From positions 3,499-67,498 of the IMG/VR virus record IMGVR_UViG_2974513946_000001: 64,000 nt of DNA. One strand, written 5' to 3'. Position 1 is the stretch's first letter, and the number at the start of each line of letters is the position of its first letter. Positions 58,523-64,000 of this stretch are shown here, piece by piece. Position numbers and translations under genes: made by a program. The stretch comes from a virus. Taxonomy: Duplodnaviria; Caudoviricetes. The notes under the pieces were generated by a model. It ran no database searches and was not told the origin of the DNA. It saw only the letters and a list, made by a program, of their open reading frames with translations.

Positions 58523-59710
58523 ATGCAACTTTCCAGAAGCGACAACAACAAGCGGCGCGAAGCGTGTTACGAATTCCTGCGTGAACTTGGGCGCGGCATC
58601 CCTGACGACGAACGCTTGATGTTCGCCACTCCCGTTAACGCCAACGTCCAGAAGGGCGAAGACGGCAAAGCCAAGAACAGTGGGTTTTGGTGTTCTCCGT
58701 GGGACGAAGACAGCGCGCTCTCTGTCAACGGTCGGCACAACGCCTATGTGTGTATCTCTTCGTTTAAGAAAACGCTTAACGAGAAGACGAAGAAAATGCG
58801 CTACTGGCGTTCCGACCTTGGCTTCGGTCATGGTCTGGCGTTGATGGTCGATGACGTCGGAAACGGCACCGGTTCGAAAGGCGGTTTGGATTCCGCCCAC
58901 TTCTATAAGATTCTCCCGCCGACCGTCGAAGTCGAAACCAGCCCGAACAACTTTCAGTTGTGGTACTTCCTGAACATGCCGGAAATCGACAAGTACCGTT
59001 TCAAGTACCTGTTGGCCGCGTTTGCTGAACAGGCGTTGTCAGAGGGCGGCGACCGGACTATTAAAGACGTAACCCGAATCGCCCGGATGCCTTACGGTCA
59101 TAATGACAAGCATCAGGAGATTCAGCACAAAGACCCGGAAACCGGCGAAGTAATCAACACCACGTTCGAACCGAAATACGCTGACGCTGACGGCGACCTG
59201 TTTGAATGCCGAATCATCGAAGCCGATTACGAACGCCGTTACGACATTGATGAAATCGCCGAAGCGTTCGGGCTTGTAATGTCCAAAGGACACGCACACG
59301 TTCGCGCCATCGACGTGGAAGAGGATTCGCTAAACGAAATGTATCTAGACCTTGCCGTCACTATCTGTTCGAAATACGGGATGGGCGCGGGTTCTAACGG
59401 TGAAGCCGAAATCAACGCTTCGGGCAAGTACCGAATTAAATGCCCGTGGGGTCACGAACACCGCAACGGCTCAACAGAAGCCGGTGATGCGTACTTTCGC
59501 GGCTGGATTGCAGGCGCAGAACATAGCTACGTTTTCGGGTGTGCCCACGACACATGCCGTCAGAACCAGCGGACTTGGGGGCCGTTCATTGACGAACTGG
59601 TGATGCCATATGTTGAAGGGCTTATCGTTAAGGCCGACCGGCTTGGCGATGCGTGGTCGCGAACCTTCCCTTTTGATGGGAATGCAATTCAGGGGAAACC
59701 GACAGAATAG
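58523..59710 (+). CDS. RepB-type (AEP superfamily) DNA primase
   Basis: ALMVDDVG, ETSPNNFQ, RMPYG.N.K motifs; C-terminal CPW..EH...CAH..C zinc finger. Confidence 0.88.
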   Translation: MQLSRSDNNKRREACYEFLRELGRGIPDDERLMFATPVNANVQKGEDGKAKNSGFWCSPWDEDSALSVNGRHNAYVCISSFKKTLNEKTKKMRYWRSDLGFGHGLALMVDDVGNGTGSKGGLDSAHFYKILPPTVEVETSPNNFQLWYFLNMPEIDKYRFKYLLAAFAEQALSEGGDRTIKDVTRIARMPYGHNDKHQEIQHKDPETGEVINTTFEPKYADADGDLFECRIIEADYERRYDIDEIAEAFGLVMSKGHAHVRAIDVEEDSLNEMYLDLAVTICSKYGMGAGSNGEAEINASGKYRIKCPWGHEHRNGSTEAGDAYFRGWIAGAEHSYVFGCAHDTCRQNQRTWGPFIDELVMPYVEGLIVKADRLGDAWSRTFPFDGNAIQGKPTE

Positions 59711-59754
59711 CGAAAGTGGGTCGGGCTGGATAAATGATCGCCGCAGGGTGTACT

Positions 59755-59904
59755 ATGACCGACCCAACAAGGGATAGTTCCCGAACCACTGACGGCGACT
59801 TCCCGAATCAAATCAATGAAATCGACGATGTTGTGTGTCGTCAAAGGGCGAGACACTACATGTTGTGTAAAGAAGTATTAGAACAGGCGGGCAACACCAA
59901 ATGA
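59755..59904 (+). CDS. 49-aa hypothetical protein (not in ORF track)
   Basis: MTDPTRDSSRTTDGDFPNQINEIDDVVCRQRARHYMLCKEVLEQAGNTK; ATGA overlap with the helicase start. Confidence 0.6.
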   Translation: MTDPTRDSSRTTDGDFPNQINEIDDVVCRQRARHYMLCKEVLEQAGNTK

Positions 59905-61676
59905 CTGACGATATTAACGATCAATTAGCGGATGCTTTCGACGATGACCAAGCCGAATTTGACTTCGCTGGCACCGTTGACGACATTCCTAGCGTCATCG
60001 AAGAAAAGGTCGTCGCTGTTTCCAGTCGCCAGAAGTCTCTAGAAGACTCCGAAAGAGCGACCATCGACGAAGGCATGTCCGAAAAGGATTTGTCTAAGCG
60101 CGCTAAACACATGCTCCGTCACTTCGTGCTGAACTTCCCGGTTGTGGCGATGCTTAAAGACGGTTCGTCTATCCCGAAATCCGATGAACTGAACAGAACC
60201 GCGTTCCTTGATGCGGTGTTCGACTTCGGGAACCCGGCCTATGACCATCCGGTCTTTGACTCGTTTTCGCAGTCCATCGTTATGCACGACGGGCGCGACT
60301 TCGATAAGGCTTGGTTGTTCCCCATCATTAAGGCGATGGGCGCGGTTGGCCTTGAAGGTCAGTCGTATGAAACTGTCGCCGAATCGTATAAGTCATGGGC
60401 GATTCGTCATGAGCGCAATTTGCTTCAAGACCGCATCGAAGCGATGACCCCAGAGTGGGACGGCGTACCGCGTGCCGAAGACTACCTTATTAAGCTGTTC
60501 CGTTGCCGCGATACCCCGACGACGCGCCTTGTGGGCAAACAGTTTTGGCTTTCGCTGTTCAACCGTGCCACACAACCGGGTTGCATCGCTCCCGTCTCTA
60601 TCGCGCTTGTAGGCGGTCAGAACGTGGGTAAGTCGTACTTCTCACAACTGATTTCTAAAGCGATGATTGGTAGTCAGAATCCGCCGTCCGTTCAGTTGAC
60701 GTTTAAGGTGTCAGAGCGTACCGATTTTCTCCGTAACATCACTGGCGCGGCTGTCGTTGCGAACGTGTCGGAGTTCTACGGCTTTTCGTCCGGCGACATG
60801 GATGCAATTAAGGCTTTCACAACCCAGACCACCGACTCTTTCGGTCATAAGTACATGAAAGAAAGGGGTGTTCCGCGTCAGTGGATTGTGATCATGGACG
60901 GCAACGACTATAAAGGCTTCCACCGGGACGATACCGGCAACCGTCGTTTCTATCCGATCTTCTGCAACCAATTGGAAGACGACGCGAAAGGGCATCCGCA
61001 GTGGGAGAAAGGCCAAGTCATCCGCGCAGACTTCGAACAGGGCGCCGGTTTTGATATCGAGTTCTGGCAAGTTATGTCGGAATGCAAGGCATGGATGGCT
61101 GAACAAGGGATGGGCGGCTATGTTCGTTTCACCAACGAAGTGTCCGACGCCGTGGCTACTTTCAACAGTGGCGAAATGGCGAAAGGCGCGGGTACTATTT
61201 CGAACGAGCACACCGATACATGGTTGCCGCGTATCCTTATGGCCGCGATGTGGAAGGTAAAGCGTTCTAAAAGTCGGAATGAGTGGTTCCGTGCTTCGGT
61301 TGCGCTTGATCATTTGCAACAAATCGTCAAACAGGCAAGCAACCAAGAGTTTAACCCGAAGGCTTTAAAGCGCAAGATGGAAACAATGGGCTTTGAACGC
61401 ATCCGGGAACTGAACAAGTACCACTATGTTATTTCCGCTTTAGACTTCCACCAAAATCTAGAAGACCGGAAGTTCGAAGACGAATCGCTTTTGAACGGTT
61501 TCTCTATGCAACTTAAATGGTGGTTGATGAATGAAACACCGAAAGGCGCGGCTCTGGCTTCTATGGTTGTAGCGACTTCCGATGATATGGCCGATGTAAG
61601 GTCGGAAATTGCAGAAGCGCGGCAGGGAATCCGATTCTTTGAAGACGTTGATTCGGAGTCACCAACCGGATTTTGA
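59901..61676 (+). CDS. VapE-like (SF3/AAA+) replicative helicase
   Basis: WDGVPR, Walker A GGQNVGKS, DDTGNRRF motifs. Confidence 0.88.
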   Translation: MTDDINDQLADAFDDDQAEFDFAGTVDDIPSVIEEKVVAVSSRQKSLEDSERATIDEGMSEKDLSKRAKHMLRHFVLNFPVVAMLKDGSSIPKSDELNRTAFLDAVFDFGNPAYDHPVFDSFSQSIVMHDGRDFDKAWLFPIIKAMGAVGLEGQSYETVAESYKSWAIRHERNLLQDRIEAMTPEWDGVPRAEDYLIKLFRCRDTPTTRLVGKQFWLSLFNRATQPGCIAPVSIALVGGQNVGKSYFSQLISKAMIGSQNPPSVQLTFKVSERTDFLRNITGAAVVANVSEFYGFSSGDMDAIKAFTTQTTDSFGHKYMKERGVPRQWIVIMDGNDYKGFHRDDTGNRRFYPIFCNQLEDDAKGHPQWEKGQVIRADFEQGAGFDIEFWQVMSECKAWMAEQGMGGYVRFTNEVSDAVATFNSGEMAKGAGTISNEHTDTWLPRILMAAMWKVKRSKSRNEWFRASVALDHLQQIVKQASNQEFNPKALKRKMETMGFERIRELNKYHYVISALDFHQNLEDRKFEDESLLNGFSMQLKWWLMNETPKGAALASMVVATSDDMADVRSEIAEARQGIRFFEDVDSESPTGF

Positions 61677-61839
61677 TCGTCGGAAATGCTGGGATTTACG
61701 ATAAGTTGCACTGATCTACGGTTTATGTTAGTGACCGTTCGTCGTGCAACTTTCGTCGTTTAATGAAATCACCTTCGATAGTGGCTTTATGATGTTAGCT
61801 TTTCGTTGGTTAAAAAATGTACAGGGTTCGGCGGCGCGT

Positions 61840-62230
61840 CGATCATAGTCAAAAAAGTGATTATCTTTCGGCCTAAATGCGATGATTTCGCAACACGCTG
61901 CAAGCCGCGCAGTATAAGGGCTGTAGCGATTGCCGCGCTTTTTGTAAGGTCATTTATAGTCAGTTAGTCAAGTGATCAGAGCAAAGTAGCCGCCCAGAAC
62001 ACGCCAGACGCTGCGCAGCCAGTACCCCCATATTTACTACAGCATAGTTTCATATATACACTTGACTATATGACTATAGAGAATAGAGAAATGGCTACAG
62101 CCCTTGTATTCCGTGGCCTCTAGCGATAGTCACATTTTTGGAATGCAGATAGTCAGGCGGCTAAATGGTCGCTTAAAATTGAGCTTGACAGCTACAGGCC
62201 ACGAACGGCGCGGCTTGCAGCGTAGTCAGG
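61840..62230. repeat. Putative replication origin: iterated TAGTCA and nested inverted repeats
   Basis: About 580 bp without a gene after the primase-helicase; 8 TAGTCA/TGACTA copies; 15-bp and 12-bp perfect inverted repeats. Confidence 0.7.
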
Positions 62231-62258
62231 TTATTATTTCACTTAGAGGACTCAAACA

Positions 62259-62489
62259 ATGACAACTATTTTCAATTGCCGTTTCTGTCACGAAACATCG
62301 TCTTATAGCGGTGAACAAGAACTGTTCTGTTCGGTAGGTTGCCAACATGATTTCGCCGTTGTAGCTCTATACATCGGAACACAAAGTAAGCGCGGCAACG
62401 TTCCATATAGCGAAGTTCGCACGTTCCTAGAAGACCCATCGAACGAAGACACGCTAGAACGTTTGTTCGACGCAGCCAAACCGCGTTAA
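62259..62489 (+). CDS. Small zinc-finger protein
   Basis: CxxC-x13-CxxxC; GAGG RBS. Confidence 0.7.
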   Translation: MTTIFNCRFCHETSSYSGEQELFCSVGCQHDFAVVALYIGTQSKRGNVPYSEVRTFLEDPSNEDTLERLFDAAKPR

Positions 62490-62553
62490 CATAGACCATC
62501 AGCAACCGCCCAAGCATGGCGCGGCCACACGGACAAACAGGACACACGCAGCC

Positions 62554-63099
62554 ATGAGCGACGACGTAACTAAATATCCCGCCGATCACCCCTTTCATTT
62601 GCGCAACACACCGGAAGTCGAGTTGTTCAGCCGTGGGGACTTCACGGAGTTCAATCAACAAGCATTCCGCAACTTCGCAGATTCCAGAATCGAGGGTTAT
62701 TCGCGTGTAGTTTCGCTGCGTATGTGCTTCGGCAGTAACTTCGTATTCGGTAACGAGACGGCTGCATATTGCTTTGCCATTGAAGCGAATCCGTACTACA
62801 AAAAGCAGTACGACAAGAAGGTCGAAGCGCTTGAACTAAAGAAGGCGTGGAACCCTAAAGTTTCGATGGTTGCCCTAAAGCAACTTATCCGCGACGATTT
62901 CGTTAAAGACAACGTGCGTATGGCGGCGATCAAAGAAGCCAACGTTCTAGCCGAAGTGACTTTCGTTGACGAGAAGGGCAACACCAGAGCGGTGCGCGGA
63001 ATGGATGATTTCTATTCTGACAATTCGGGGAAGACTGGCGACGATGGCGCGGCGATTCCAGAGCATACCCCGCCTGTACCTTCCGACACGACGCATTAA
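62554..63099 (+). CDS. Probable terminase small subunit
   Basis: Helical protein with R.AAIKE.N.L motif typical of TerS oligomerisation helices; no other TerS candidate near terL. Confidence 0.5.
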   Translation: MSDDVTKYPADHPFHLRNTPEVELFSRGDFTEFNQQAFRNFADSRIEGYSRVVSLRMCFGSNFVFGNETAAYCFAIEANPYYKKQYDKKVEALELKKAWNPKVSMVALKQLIRDDFVKDNVRMAAIKEANVLAEVTFVDEKGNTRAVRGMDDFYSDNSGKTGDDGAAIPEHTPPVPSDTTH

Positions 63100-63454
63100 G
63101 CCCTCACCCGTCACACTGACGCCCGTAGACGCAGAACGTTGCGCTACGGGCCTGCTGGACGCCTTCCCGCCTGCATACGACCTGTCACCTACCTACCCCG
63201 CGTAACGCCATGACTGGCGCGGCGATACCCGCCGACCTTCACCACCAGCACCAGCACCGCCCTCGAATGGGCCTTGTGCGACCCACAACCAACCGCCACA
63301 ACGAGCAACGCCCCAACCCGTCACAACCACACCGATTCGGGTAGCGCGTCAGGAAGAGGCGTTCTATGCTTGTACAGAGGGTGTCAGACATGGCACGTTA
63401 GTTGCAGACACAAGTATTTCACTCTTCTGCGTGGACTTTTCGCGCCGGTTAACA

Positions 63455-64000
63455 TCACCGCTTTAGCCATTGCTCGTTCGGGTTTTGCGGGACTTTTGGT
63501 TTTACTTCGCACAATTCGTCAAGAATCCGAACAGGTATCATTACGCAAAGTTCACGCTCTGAACTTTTGTAGTCCTGCGTTGTTTCTCGCCAACCGAACA
63601 TGGGCTTTCGGTTGTTGTAATCAGCCATGATTGCAGCGATGGCCGCGTGTTGCTCTGGCGTGTAGGTCGGTTGTGGGTTGGTCGCTGGCTCATTCCGGGG
63701 AGTCGTCGAAGTTCTACGGGCGAACGTAACAGCAATCGCGGCCACACCTTGAATCTGATCCTCTGTCGCCGTGGTGTTGGCACGCAGCCAAGCGCAAACG
63801 TCGTCAGCCTTCGCCTGAAATTCTGCCGTGGTTGGCTCATTCCGGGGAGTCGATACCGCTTCGTCGGTTGCCTTGGCGCTTGGAGTAGTCGCGGCATTGT
63901 GCGCGGCCCGTGCTGCCAGAGCGATTACCTGTTCCTCCTTGTGCTTCGGCAACCAGTCTTCGATTTCCTGAATCGCCCATTCGGTTAGCTGTTCGGTGCT
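63455..64000 (-). CDS. Hypothetical protein with an internal repeat (5' end outside the window)
   Basis: Frame stays open to the window edge; TPRNEP repeated twice (20-nt DNA repeat at about 63686 and 63833). Confidence 0.65.
   Translation of the reverse strand, partial: STEQLTEWAIQEIEDWLPKHKEEQVIALAARAAHNAATTPSAKATDEAVSTPRNEPTTAEFQAKADDVCAWLRANTTATEDQIQGVAAIAVTFARRTSTTPRNEPATNPQPTYTPEQHAAIAAIMADYNNRKPMFGWRETTQDYKSSERELCVMIPVRILDELCEVKPKVPQNPNEQWLKR

Noticed and set aside
63210-63630. Pro-rich or short plus-strand ORFs (Rz1-like candidate; track ORF 63274..63630)
   Set aside because: The Pro-rich frame has no start codon or lipobox; the other frames lack an RBS and overlap the minus-strand gene.

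Overview
The window is most of a lytic tailed-phage (myovirus) genome. Its gene order closely follows the PB1/BcepF1-like (Lindbergviridae) plan, recognised from protein motifs and synteny rather than a database search. Layout: minus-strand early cassettes of small genes with sigma70-type promoters (1-8.7 kb); terminase large subunit; head, contractile tail, baseplate and fibre genes plus a GH19 endolysin (8.8-39.3 kb, mostly +); a minus-strand replication block (ATP-dependent ligase, MazG-like, holin-like, SSB-like, SNF2 helicase, VRR-NUC-like, DnaE, DnaQ-like, RecD-like); a plus-strand RepB-type primase and VapE-like helicase; a repeat-rich putative origin (61.7-62.25 kb); and a probable terminase small subunit. 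I found no integrase, tRNA or CRISPR array. A gammaproteobacterial (Pseudomonas-like) host is an inference only. Three non-coding signals stand out. (1) A stand-alone ~189-nt AUG-less transcript at 52935-52747 (-), bracketed by a near-consensus sigma70 promoter and an intrinsic terminator, whose ends pair into a 6S-RNA-like rod and which carries a perfect UAAGGAGG. (2) A 9-bp AGTGAAATA element found at least 9 times, only between genes, mostly in or beside early/middle sigma70 promoters. (3) A shared CTACCCnAAACGGAG leader in front of early genes. Several start sites are refined relative to the ORF track using RBS and stop/start overlaps.
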